Shown: positions 35,696-47,715, numbered from the stretch's first letter. The stretch: 64,000 bases of DNA from Okamejei kenojei (GCA_035221665.1 CM069152.1:16492001-16556000), one strand, 5' to 3'. A program made the numbers and translations. Notes: generated by a model not told the origin, from the sequence alone.

Positions 35696-36268
35696 TACTG
35701 AGGTACAGTGAGAGGCTTTTGTTGCATGCTATCCAGTCAAAGAAATGACTATATATGATTGCAATCAAGCTGTCCACAGTGTACAGATAAAGGGTACAAT
35801 ACTTAGTGCGAGATAATGGCCGATTAAAGATAGGTCAAAAGTCTTAAATAAGGTAGATGGAAGGTCGATACCACACTCTAGTTGGTGAGAGGATAATTCT
35901 GTTGCCTGGTAACAGTTGAGAAGAAACTGTCCCTGAATCAGCGTTTTTAAACTTCTGTACCTCTTACCTGATAGGAGAGAAGGAATGACCGCGGTGAAAT
36001 TGGTGCTTAATTACGTTGATTGCCCAGTATTGTATTGATGGAGTCAATGGAAGGGAGGTTGGTTTGCGTAAGCGTCTGGGCTACGTCTGCAACTCTCTGC
36101 AGTTTCTTGTGGTCTTGGATGGAGCTGTTCCCAAACCATGCTATGATGCATCCTGATAAAATGGTTTCTGTGGTGTATCTGTAGAAGTTGCTGAGGGTTG
36201 TGGGAACATGCCAAACTTCCTCATCCTTCTAAGGAAGTAGAGACATTGGTGTGTTCTTGGCCTTGGCT
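35696..36268 (-). mobile_element. L2-like LINE 3' fragment inserted into the CR1 microsatellite tail
   Basis: Interrupts the (tttctatg)n tail, which resumes at 36269-36310. Similar to the fragment at 4030-4570. Confidence 0.7.
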
Positions 36269-36501
36269 TTTACTATGTTTCTATGTTTTCTATGTTTCTA
36301 TGTTTCTATGAACTTATATCAGAGTGATGGCAAGAGCAAAGCATGGAGGAGAGAAAGAACTGCCAAAGATCCAAAGCATACCACCTCATCTATGAAACAC
36401 AATGGTGAGGTGTTATGGCCTGGGCATGTATGGCTGCTGAAGGTACTGGCTCACTTATCTTCATTGATGATACAACTGCTGATGGTAGTAGCATAATGAA
36501 T

Positions 36502-36892
36502 ACTAAGGGGATCTCATAGAGACTTACAAAATTCTTAAGGGGTAGTACAGGCTAGATGCAGGAAGATGGTTCCCGATGTTGGGGAAGTCCAGGACAAGGT
36601 GTCACAGTTTAAGGATAATGGGGAAGTCTTTTAGGACCGAGATGAGAAATCATTTTTCACACAGAGAGTGGTGAATCTGTGGAATTCTCTGCCACAGGAG
36701 GTAGTTGAGGCCAGTTCGTTGGCTATATTTAAGAGGGAGTTAGATGTGGCCCTTGTGGCTAAAGGGATCAGGGGGTATGGAGAGAAGGCAGGTGCAGGAA
36801 ACTGTTGGATGATCAGCCATGATCATATTGAATGGCGGTGCAGGCTCGAAGGACCGAATAGCCTACTCCTGCACCTATTTTCTATGTTTCTA
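36502..36892 (+). mobile_element. Second CR1 3' fragment inside the Tc1
   Basis: Close copy of about 35310-35692 (VVNLWNSLPQEVVEASSLAIFKRELDVALVAKGIRGYGEK plus 3'UTR). Confidence 0.92.
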
Positions 36893-38059
36893 AGTATAGG
36901 TACATCCTATCTGCTCGTTTAAAATACATCAAATTTAATTGGACAGCGGTTCATCCTACAGCAAGACAATGATCCCAAACATACTGCCAAAGCAACAAAG
37001 AGTTTTTCAAAGCTAGAAAATGGTCAATTCTTGAATGGCCAAGTCAATCACCTGATCTGAACCCAATTGAGCATGCCTTTTATATGCTGAAGAGAAAACT
37101 GAAGGGGACTAGCCCCCAAAACAAGCATAAGCTAAAGATGGCTGCAATACAGGCCTGACAGAGCATCACCAGAGATGACACCCAGCAACAGGTAATGCCC
37201 ATGAATCGCAGACTTCAAGCAGTTATTGCATGCAAAGGATATGCAACAAAATACTAAACATGACTACTTTCATTTACATGACATTGCTGTGTCCCAAACA
37301 TTATGGTGCCCTGAAATGGGGGAGGGGGGGGGGGGGGGGGGGGCTGTGTATAAACACTGCTGTAATTTCTACATGGTGAAACCAAAATGTATAAAAATGG
37401 CCTTTCTTAAAATCTAACAATATGCACTTTAACCACGTGCTTTCTTCCATTACAAATCTCAAAGAGGCAGATAAATAAATGATGGGTCTTTGTCCCAAAC
37501 ATTATGGAGGGCACTGTATTTTCTTCAGGGAATAGAAGCAGGAAGGGTTGGGAGGATGCAAGCTTATTTTCTGGAGGAACAAGGAAAAAAATATAGTTTG
37601 ATGCAAATCTGCACTGATCTGAAATCAGCTCATGTACCTCATTATTTATTAACAATAAATGTGATGAAATAATTGAGGTTAATATAGGAAAGATCAACAT
37701 GATATACTTTGTTCTAAACTCCTGTGACGTGATCAGCTGCCTTTCAACTATCAGGAGATAATTTATTTGCAGATGGTACTGCAGTGAGGTTACTCTCATT
37801 GACACCTGATACAATGAAGAAAGTATCCAGCAGAAATCATTGAAAGTGACAAGGAGGAACTAAGTGGTGCTAACTGCAGCATCCTTACTGCTACCTTACA
37901 CGAGATCAGCTAACACAGATAACAGTTTGGACCCAGGATTTTCAGAAAAAATCAAATCTATCATTCTACAATAAACTCAATTAATTGTGGGACGGGTGAT
38001 CACCCACTGACCCTGACAGCTTCTATAAAGACATATTTTAACAATAAATGATTCCCTAC

Positions 38060-38206
38060 CTGTAGTTGGGAGATCTGTGAAAGTTGATTCAGCTGGTTCA
38101 ACTGGGAGAGCTGGTTCAGCATGGCCACTTGCTGGGGGCCAAAGTTCAATAGTGCAGTGTTTAGGCTCCCGTTGGCTGTTGCATACTTCAGTAATGATGC
38201 TGGAAC
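38060..38206 (-). CDS. TNRC6A: TNRC6A exon, Q-rich region
   Basis: cccttccaaaag| [49 protein letters not shown] |gtaggg. Confidence 0.94.
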
Positions 38207-38624
38207 CTTTTGGAAGGGAAGATTTTTTTTTAAGGATTGCAGGATTTAAATTGACTTGTTATTAATTGGATTCAGACATACTTTATATTTTAATGACTTT
38301 TGGAGATATTTGAGAGCTCACAATGTTTAACAGAATTTGAACATGCCTAGTTCAGAGATCAATAGATGTTAAAAAATAATTGAACCCTACAATTCCCATC
38401 TGCTCCTCTCTCTATACCCAAAACACTTGTGGCTCAGCTAAAGTGGCTTGCATCTACCATCCCAGGCATCATAAAATTATTGTGATGCTCCACATTGCCA
38501 AACAGTGACACCTGGGGGGCAGCCTACATGTCGTCCACGTACTGGCACACTTATATCTTCGGAGAGACTGAGGTAACATATATCCCTTAAAGGTGACCTA
38601 AAATTCTTCTCCCTTTTGTTTATA

Positions 38625-39350
38625 GAGCATATAATAGTACAGCAAAGGAACAAGCCCTTTGGCCCACAATGTTTGTGCTGAACATGGCAAAACCTTATCT
38701 GCCTGCACTTAACCTATTTCCCTCTATTCTGTGCATATCCATGTGCTTCTCCAAAAGTCTCCTAAATGCCACTATCGCATTGGCCTCAATCTCTACTCCC
38801 GACAATGCATTCCAGGCACTCACCACTCTCAGTGTAAAAAAAACTTGCTCCATGCATCTTTCTTAACTTTGCTCCTCTCATCTCAAAGCAATGCCCTCCA
38901 TTAGTTGATATTTCCATCCTGAGAAATAGACTACCTTAAATACTTCTATACTGCCTCTCATAACTTTGTATACTTCTATCAGATGCCCAGCAGCCTCCAG
39001 CGCTCCAGAGAAAGCAATCCAAGTCTGCCCAGCTATTCTCTGTAGCTACTGCCCTCTAATCCAGCTGTCATTCTGGAAAATCCTCTCTGCACCTTTATCA
39101 AAGCCTCCACATTCTTCCTATATTGGGCGATCAGAATGGCACGCAATACTCCAAATACGGTTTAACCAAAATCCTATGAAGCTGCATCATGGCTTTCCTG
39201 ACTCTTATACGCAATGTCCCGACTAATGAAAGCCAACATACCATATGCGTTATTTATCTCTCTATCTACTTGTGTTGCTACTTTCAGGGAGTTATGGACA
39301 TGGACCCCAAGACACTGCTGTACATTAATGCTACTAAGGCTCATGCCGTG
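38625..39350 (-). mobile_element. Degraded CR1 LINE 3' fragment
   Basis: Reverse-complement CR1 ORF2 C-terminal motifs and 3'UTR. Confidence 0.75.
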
Positions 39351-39928
39351 CATATTTTGCCCTTATATTACAGTATATATAAATGTATTATTTATTTTTT
39401 TAAATCAGAAAACTTTGGTCATACCAGACAATTAATATACTACATTCCCAAATGGGTCCATTCATGACATCCTTAGTATCAGTATTGGAGACAATTATAG
39501 CAGTTAGCAGGATTAATGGTCTAGTCCTACCATATCATTAACATCCATGGATTGGCTGATATAAACAAAGGAGTTAGACATTTTCTATTTGTTTAGTTAC
39601 TTGGAGGTTCTACAAACCCACCTTTCTCTTTTGTAAATTAGAACATCTTCAGAGATGCAATAGATTTTTTAAAAAACAAAGGGCACAACTAATTAAGGAC
39701 ATTTGCTTGCTAGACCAAGCAGCAATTAGAAAACTTGGCACAACCAAACATTTTGTGCTGATTTTCTCATAGAACAAAAGAGGGAATAAACCCTGAAAAC
39801 AGGAAAGAACACACTAGATAGACACAAAAAGCTGGAATAACTCAGTGGGGCAGGCAGCATTTTGGAGAGAAGGAATGGGTGACGCTTCGGATCGAGACCC
39901 TTCAAAACAGATCAATGCTTTTATGTAC

Positions 39929-40066
39929 CTGAGGGGATAATAATGGAGGAGGCACTTGAGCGCGAAGATTAGGCTGAGATGAGTTAAGAGGTTGTGCTGG
40001 GGGCTGTTGCATGCCCCTGGCTTGTGCTGCTGCATTGCTGCCGCCATATATATTAGGATTGCCATT
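39929..40066 (-). CDS. TNRC6A: TNRC6A exon
   Basis: ttgttacag| [46 protein letters not shown] |gtacat. Confidence 0.94.
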
Positions 40067-41790
40067 CTGTAACAAGAGCGTAAGCGACATCAGGGCAAAG
40101 ATCACAATTTTGAATGCATCCCATCTTTACGGAACAAAGACTCCCATATAACAAGTGTGGGAAAAGGAAAAAGATAACAATACATTAAATGATGAACATT
40201 CAACAGATTTTTCCTATCACTTCCCATGCTAGCTACTCCCAGCTGGGTTACATTCCAAATTAAATAAATGTATGCCACCCCTCAGTCTGCAGCCCCGCTA
40301 GGTTTCTATATGTATTGTGAAAACTATTTCCGCTAATCTATCAATTCCTCTTTAGTGTCTGCTGTGATTTCAGACTTGAAATTAATTATATATCTGCCAA
40401 GCAAAACATGATTTTGGAAAGTGGTGGCAGTGGACAGAAGGATAAACCATGTGAGGTTAAGATAAAAATCACACCAAGACAAATCCTACCACTGCAACAA
40501 GTGCTCAGTGCCTTCCAAGAAAAAATAAAGGCTCTCATTCTGCTAGATCGGTCAGATCACTTTCCCTTTAATAAATAAGGATTGCTTTTTACTTTCAGTG
40601 CTGCCATTTCCTGAGAGAGGTGTGCTCAATGATCAGTTTGTGATATATTCTATGGGAAAACAAATCAAGATCTGCAGAGCTTAACAGTACATAACAAAAG
40701 CTCCAAAATGCATCCCCACAGCACAGTAGATCTGATTCACATTTTTTTTTACTGGATGCCTTTCACACCACCAGCATGCTTTGAATAGTAAATGTGGTGG
40801 GATCTATAATCACTTCTAAAGATGGATAAAGATTATATTAAAAAAATAAAAGGTGCACAGAGGAGCACAAAAAAGTATCAAGAATGCAGTTCTGTCAGTA
40901 AGCTGCCACAGTAGAAACGAGTGAATAGGCTCTTTCATTGATATGGAGTAGTTGTTTCTAAGGTAGTCCCCAGGGTCAGAGAACATAGAACAGTATAACA
41001 CAGGAACAGGCCCTTCAGCCCACGATATCAGTGCTGAACATGGGTCAGGCTGATTTCCTTCCACACGAGCTCTGAAATTGCTGAGCTGGTTGAAGAGTCC
41101 TATATGAAATTTGCAGCCTTTGCCATGGTGGGTGGAGATGTGGGGGGGGTAGGTCATATTAGATGGAGATCGTTGATTCAAATATTGTGTGCTCCTTCCA
41201 ATGTTTGCACGTGGCCTCAATGTGCATCTACTGCAGAATCTTAAGGTGCTCAGTGTCTTCCCAGAAGTTGCTCTATTTTGAGCATTTTGAGGGATTGCGA
41301 TGAGCTGGAGCAGAGACAATCGTGTCAATCTTGTGAATGCTATTGAAGTGCTTTCCCCATACCTCTAGGCTGTTACAAAGCTCAAAGTAGCAAGTTTGTT
41401 ACCGGAGTCTGATGGTGAACAATGTGTCCTTCCCACTAGAGCTCACTAAGCATGATCAGGGTTGCAATGTTGAGGGTTTGAGTCTGAGAGAGGATATGGT
41501 AATGATTCACTTCTGCCAATGTATTTGAAGAATGTTGTAGAGGCAACATTACTTAGAGTGCCCTCCATATTTGTTCATATATACAGTAGTGCTTTAATTT
41601 TGACTTTGATCTGTCTTTCCTGAGAGGTAGCTCTCAAGATATGGGAAATGATTCACATTTTCCTGGTTCTCATTGTAGATCTTGATTGATGCAGGGTGAT
41701 GTTATGCAATAGGGGTCAGTAGAGGATCACAGATTTCTAGATATTTAGTGCATGGCCCTTCCTCTGGTACATTTCAAAGTTAAACTTGGC

Positions 41791-41995
41791 AGATACAAAA
41801 TGCTGGAGTAACTAGGCGGAACAAGCAGCATCTCTGGATAGAAGCAATAGGTGACGTTTCGGGTCGAGACCCTTCTTCAGACTCGACTGAAACGTCACCC
41901 ATTCCTTCTATCCAGAGATGTTGCCTGTTCTGCTGAGTTACTGCAGCATTTTGTATCTATCTTCGGTGTAAACCAGCATCCGCAGTTCCTTCCTA
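41791..41995. mobile_element. Fold-back Penelope-derived short element with hammerhead-like core
   Basis: Inverted arms agatacaaaatgctg... / ...cagcattttgtatct (41791-41958). Minus strand reads CTGAAGA-AGGGTC-TC-GACCC-GAAACGTC at 41880-41853. Confidence 0.8.
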
Positions 41996-42539
41996 AACAT
42001 GAACGTGGCACTTGGCTTCTAAATACACACACGTGGATGCACAGTTGATTGAGATTGACTTGCTGCTGAAGTAGAACATGTCATTTGTCCTGCAAGTCAG
42101 CTACACTACAAGGGTAGCTTGGTGGAAATACGATGCAGAGGGTTGGTGTGCATTGGCATTGAATCAGCGGCAAGCCCATTTGTTAAATCACAATTTAAAT
42201 GTCATGATCCTAACTGGAAATGGCTCAAACAACCTATTTCTGTGCTATAGAGTTTTGTGATTCTATAGGCAGCCTGATTTGTGCATTCATTCTTAGTTTT
42301 CTAATTTCATTTTGACCATGTGAAGATTCTTCACATGAGAACCTGCAAACTTAAAGCAGCATCACCAGGCTCAGCCTCCCTATATTTTTTTTTGAGAGAG
42401 GAAAATAACTGAGTCACGGTAGGAAGGAACAAGAAAAACAATAAAGTAATTGAGTCGTTCAAAAGTTCCTTTAAATATTTCATTGAAACACACTGTAAGA
42501 GTTCACTACCAGCACACGGAAGGTTTTGAACTGACTCAC

Positions 42540-42707
42540 CTGTCTAACAGAATTCAAGTTTTGCATGCCCAGACCCACTGAGCCAAGAGCCTGATTAGGT
42601 AGTGCACAGTTTGAAGGGGGAAGCTTCATGCTTGGTGCAGAGGTGTGCGTTAGGGTTTGGGGCTCTTCAGCCATAATGCCATCTTGATTGGACAAAGACA
42701 GAGACAA
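42540..42707 (-). CDS. TNRC6A: TNRC6A exon, symmetric, likely cassette
   Basis: gcccag| [17 protein letters not shown]...[31 protein letters not shown] |gtgagt, 168 nt, phase 0->0. Confidence 0.9.
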
Positions 42708-43270
42708 CTGGGCATGGGCATGCGGTTGGAAAAGGCAAACATGGAAAGCCAATCAGCAGCAGAAAGGCAGGACATGGCAGAAACAAGAGAAAAGACAAAG
42801 GGTTAGTCTCTATTTTAGATCTACAAACAGATTCAAAGGGCTGGCTAGCAACAAATGGGGCTCCATAACATACAAACAAATTACATTCAAAAGGCTGTTT
42901 ACTACATAAAACAAAGACACAATGAAAAACACTTTGGTTTGCAGCTGGTGATAGTAGTCCTCAAATAACATTTACAACACTGTCCATGTATATGATCTAC
43001 TTTCAAAACCCAATTACTAATTTTTATATGAATAAGTGCACAATACATCATGAAGGATTGGGGTTTATCCCATTCATAATTCTCTGAAAGTTGCCAATTC
43101 ACATTGGGTCCTTGTTTCCTGACGAGAATCCCGATGCATAGTGATGACCAAGGATCATAAACAAGTAACATCTCAGCTCTCACTTGTACCAACAAATCAT
43201 CAAAAGTTTCTGTGTTTTTTTTTAATTAATTCATCGGTTTCTATTTTATGGACATGGAGGGAATACTAAC

Positions 43271-43413
43271 CTTATCGTAATAAGGACTGCGTTCCATGGA
43301 AGACTCTTTGGAAATCTGAGGACGAGAAGTATGACCTTTCCCTATAATGCCATTATATTCTCCAATGTTCATGCTATGCTTGTCCATCTCCATTCTCTTA
43401 TCTCGTAACATAC
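43271..43413 (-). CDS. TNRC6A: TNRC6A exon
   Basis: ctttccag| [48 protein letters not shown] |gttagt, phase 1->0. Confidence 0.94.
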
Positions 43414-43584
43414 CTGGAAAGGGGGAAAAATCAGCAGAGTTACCCACTGTTATTTTAAAGATATATAACAAATATTCAATGCAGATTCAAAGATTCCTTC
43501 TTGTGAGTGAAGGATAGATTAGCTGGTAAAGGTTTCTGGAAGTTATTATTGAGGGTTTAGAATAAGCATGAAAATTATGGTACA

Positions 43585-43960
43585 GCTATAAAATTGTGGT
43601 TAGGCTACAACAATGGTACTGTGTGCAGTTCTGGTTGCCACAATATAGGAAGGGCATAATTTTACTGAAGAAAGAGTGCAAGGCATGTTGCCTGGTATGA
43701 AATGTTTCAGTTACGAAAGATACTGGAGAGGCTAGGTTTGGAATGGAGGAGGATCCGACAGAGGTATTCAAATTTCCACTAGAGGGTGGTTATGATCTGC
43801 CAAAGTTGGTGAGAGAGGTAAGTACTCTCACTTGAATCACTAAGGCTTGGAAGATTAACAATCACGTGCTTGCAAATGGTATTACTATAGATGGGTTCTT
43901 GATGATCACATAGGTACAGTGAGTGGGCCAAGGGGCCTGTTTCTGTGCTACAATACTCCA
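43585..43960 (+). mobile_element. Degraded CR1 LINE 3' fragment
   Basis: tactgtgtgcagttctggttgcc...; 3' end gggccaaggggcctgtttctgtgct. Confidence 0.65.
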
Positions 43961-43996
43961 TTATATTAATTTATGTTTAATGCAACAGTAGCTTAC

Positions 43997-44045
43997 CAAC
44001 AGGTATGTCCATCTTATTGCTCTTTGTATCTTCAGCTGATTCCCT
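43997..44045 (-). CDS. TNRC6A: TNRC6A exon, degenerate UBA-like region
   Basis: cttgttacag| RESAEDTKSNKMDIPV G|gtaagc, phase 0->1. Confidence 0.9.
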
Positions 44046-44856
44046 CTGTAACAAGCAGAAATCGCCTTAAATATTCTGAATTTACTGGAAATATTGGTAT
44101 TGGTATCAGTAGAAAGGTCATAAGAAAATGACACAGTTGGATCAGTATTGTCCTGTTGTTGGGTTCTGGTACAGAATTCTACGAATAAATTACTTTCACC
44201 TCCAAGTCAAGAACGCATGCAGCTAATTAAATATTAATGGCAGCAAAGTCCGTATTGGGAGGAATTTCTTATGCTGGATAAATGAATGTAACGCAAAAGC
44301 ACTGCATTGTCAAAGAACACGGAATCATCTAGTTCAAGGTATAAAGTAAAACACAAATAGAGCAGAGTGTGCCATCCCCAAATCCCAGGGAAAGAGTAGC
44401 GTTTCCCAAAGGATAAGGTGGTGAATATGGAGCACTAAAAGCATTAGTGATCATGATATACTAACACACAATTTGCATTAGTTAACAGTGCCAGCAATGC
44501 CGTTCAGTTACACGGTGGATAAGAGATCGTGGATTGCTCCTGTTGGGACTTCAATTCTATACCAATCGCAAAACACATTGTATGGAGTCTTGACTTGGAA
44601 CGAGAGATAATCCATCACATCACAGCGTTTTGATCTACTCTTCTGAGGGACAAGATTTGAACAAATACCTCAGAAAATAATGGGCATTAGTCTGATACAT
44701 ATTCCTTATAATCATTCTCTTCTTAAATGGAAAATAAATCTCCTGGCAACTATCTGGCCACTAATGAACTCAATAAAAGGTTGAAATGGTGTTGTCAGTC
44801 AGGTGTTGAAGGAGAGGGGAAGAGAAAAGAATGCAGAATTATTACATTGTACTCAC

Positions 44857-44937
44857 AGGAAATCCAATGTTAGAGAATTGCTTCATTAACTGATTCATCC
44901 ATATATCATCTTGCTTATTTCCCCCTTTCATCATGCC
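44857..44937 (-). CDS. TNRC6A: TNRC6A exon, start of UBA-like region
   Basis: gttttctag| [27 protein letters not shown] |gtgagt, phase 0->0. Confidence 0.93.
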
Positions 44938-45006
44938 CTAGAAAACATTTAGAATCGAATCACATGCAACGCTAGTCACAATTAGTAAGTGAGATGAGGT
45001 ATGCAC

Positions 45007-45039
45007 CTTCCTTCTCTTCCCAATTTGCTCACTTGTCAC
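45007..45039 (-). CDS. TNRC6A: Candidate 33-nt TNRC6A microexon encoding VTSEQIGKRRK
   Basis: cccttgcacacag|GTGACAAGTGAGCAAATTGGGAAGAGAAGGAAG|gtgcat, phase 0->0. Same length and position as the recalled human 11-aa insert GLSGKKRRRER. Weak donor; downstream intron only 69 nt. Confidence 0.5.
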
Positions 45040-45380
45040 CTGTGTGCAAGGGTGTGATTGAGATTAGACTGGGTACTCAGAGGGAGGTAGGGATGTTTGA
45101 AATGAGACACGTTACAGTGAAGCTCCAACACGTAATACTGCAAAGTTTAAAAATACAATCCGAGCTGAGACGAGCCAGAAGCAACTGTTTTCCAACTGAT
45201 CACCATTTATTTAACTCATTATTGCTGATATAATAAATATCCATTGTTTTTGTAAAAGCAAATGAATACAGAAGGATGAGAGTAAAGTTAGAAGGCGGAA
45301 GGGTTAAAAAAATAACATGACCAAGCATGAAGATCTTTAATGTCTATAATTTGAAGTAACAAGATTGCCAAAAGTCTTAC

Positions 45381-45547
45381 CTTTGGAGCCATCTTTTTGG
45401 ATGTCCAGTTTGAAGAAGAGTTGCTATCTTGTGAGATGTTGCTGTTCCACATCACTGAGTCCACTTCCTCCTCCTCCCAGCTAGAGTGACGAGGTCCTGG
45501 CGCCAATGTTTCCTCATCACCCCAGCCATCTTGCATAGGTTTGGGAC
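45381..45547 (-). CDS. TNRC6A: TNRC6A exon, Ago-hook region
   Basis: ttctttacag| GPKPMQDGWGDEETLAPGPRHSSWEEEEVDSVMWNSNISQDSNSSSNWTSKKMAPK |gtaaga, phase 1->0. Confidence 0.94.
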
Positions 45548-45999
45548 CTGTAAAGAACAGATCGCTGTATGGAACCATTGAGTGGCTTCAGCTTTTAAAG
45601 TATAGTCTGAATTTCTCACCCACTATCTTTCAATGTAATCTGTGAGTAATCACTCCTACACTGTTAGAAACTAACTTCTGTGCATGATTGAGAGTGCTGG
45701 ACAGCAAAGTAATCTTTACTCTAAATTATTTAAAGTATATAAATTTGTGTTAATGCCCAGCAGGAAGAGAAACAGGCTGCACTGATTTGTGAAGCAGCAG
45801 TGCAGATGACACCCTTTAGTTTAGTATGATGCTGTTCTATGAAACTCCACTATAATTTAGAACTTTTCTGCATTTTTATAAACATTTATTTACACGACTG
45901 TAAACAGCAGCAGGAAGATAACATTTTCAGACCTTTTCTTGAGAGATGGGGTGAGGGGCTCCAGATGTGGCGGAAATGTTGGGGATCCTGACTTAGCCA

Positions 46000-46620
46000 C
46001 TCTAGCTAACGTTCAATCACTTGAGAAAATGCTTGAAGAGCTCAGAGCAAAGCTGCTGTTTCAAATGAAGAGCTGGAACTGATGTAATCTTTGTTTCAAT
46101 TAAACATGGTTCAGCCCAGACTCACCTATTCTTGCTGTAGAATTGAAGGTTTCTCCATTTATTGTATGTACTGTACAGAATCCCCAGGCAAGAGGAAATA
46201 CAGTGCAGCGGTCAATGCTTTAAAGTGAAATGATGTGATGGTCTTAACTCAATTCTTCTCCCCAGGTGTGAAATACCTGTTCATAAAACGCGGTCCTTTT
46301 AATCTACTGAGGGAATTCACCTTGTCCATCAAGTCGTCAGTCTATATACATTTCTCAAGACCAAAGTGGCAGTGGATGAATTATATTCTATTGTAACCTC
46401 TCTTGTGGCAGCAAACAGTGATGCCTTGTTCATTATGGCGGTGACTATAGCAATGATGAGACAGAGTACAGGAAAGATATCGAGAACCTTATGTCATGGT
46501 ATCAGGACAACAATTTATCCCTAAACATAAACAAGACTCAAGAGTTGGCTATTGACCAAAGGATGCAAGAGGTGAACATAACCCCCATCTCATCAATGGA
46601 GCTGCTACAGAGATATTCAT
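46000..46620 (+). mobile_element. Degraded Rex1/L2-group LINE fragments
   Basis: DETEYRKDIENLMSWYQDNNLSLNINKTQEL resembles the post-YADD RT segment of Rex1/L2-type elements. Confidence 0.6.
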
Positions 46621-47715
46621 TCGCATCAAGTTCCTGTGCATCCTTATCAGAAGCTACCTGTTGTTATACTTTTAATACTTTGGATGGATTACTAGCCTTT
46701 TTAATCCAGAAGACCAGTATTAAAGAGGTATCACATTTATCCTGCAAAGCCCTAGCTGCTCTGTACTGTAGTAAGGAGTCCTAGACTTCACATTAAAAAA
46801 AAAATCTTATGTTAACCTCTTTGGATGTTTATGTCTTAATTTTGGCAACTATAATTCTTGCTCCTTAAGGGTAAATGCTGGTTCTATTTAACAGTGTTAT
46901 TTTATAAACAGATTCAAATGGTTTATAGTGATTTTATCCATTAGCAAATTTGCCCTTTCAATTGTAGACATAGTTACAAAAAGGGATAGATGCTGGAAAT
47001 GCTGGAAACACTCAGAAAATCCAGCAGAAAAGAAAAACAAAGTTGACCCTTTGCAAGAACTAAACCAGTTCTGAAATGCTTCAACATGAAATGTAAACTC
47101 AGTTTATCACGCCAAAAATGTTGCCTTAACTGCCAAGTGTTTTGAGCATTTTGTGCTTTTAAATTTTAGGCAATCTCTGCCTCACTGCTCCAATTCTGGA
47201 AATGTTTAGTTTTTTTCTCTTTTCAGATTTTATGTAGAACTAACGATGTTTTAATAAATATTCATATTCAATTGGAATATTAACTAAATTTGGTTGACTA
47301 ACAATGAAATGGACTGGTTTGTTGGTTCTAGATCACAAGGCAGAAAGATTAAACAAAGAACTGTAGGGGACACAATCCACAAAGCCACATGTCTCCACAT
47401 GTCACATGCCTGACCCGCTGAGTTACTATAGCACTTCTTTTGTTTTTATAAACCATATGTGTACCTCAATTATTGGTATTTTGTACATTAGCAAGCATAT
47501 CGGCGACTTGTTGAACTCTGATCTATGCAAATGGCAGTAAAAATGATGTTAAAGGCACCAAAACGTATACATTGAAACGTAACTATTATCAAACAACATT
47601 TGCAATAAAAAAAATTAACAATAGAGCCCGATTCCCCAAAGCCCAACTACACAACTGCATAGCATCCATTATTAAACTTTACAACCCTATAAAGATAGGA
47701 AGTGTCAAGCTTTAC

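Larger units (their letters stand above)
32566..37516 (+). mobile_element. Tc1 (DD34E) DNA transposon with long IR/DR-type inverted repeats, interrupted by nested LINEs
   Basis: Inverted repeats at about 32566-32736 and 37290-37516; right end ggagggcactg followed by TA; internal direct repeat cataatgtttgggaca; left outer end missing. Transposase pieces 32866-33325 (HTH, VVWGDET), 36308-36501 and 36893-37257 (QQDNDPKH..WPSQSPDLNPIE, 34-residue D-to-E spacing after repairing one frameshift). Pseudogenised. Confidence 0.92.

Noticed and set aside
41556-41572. gtgccctccata resembling the Tc1 terminus
   Set aside because: Only about 12 bp match, with no partner repeat or TA context.
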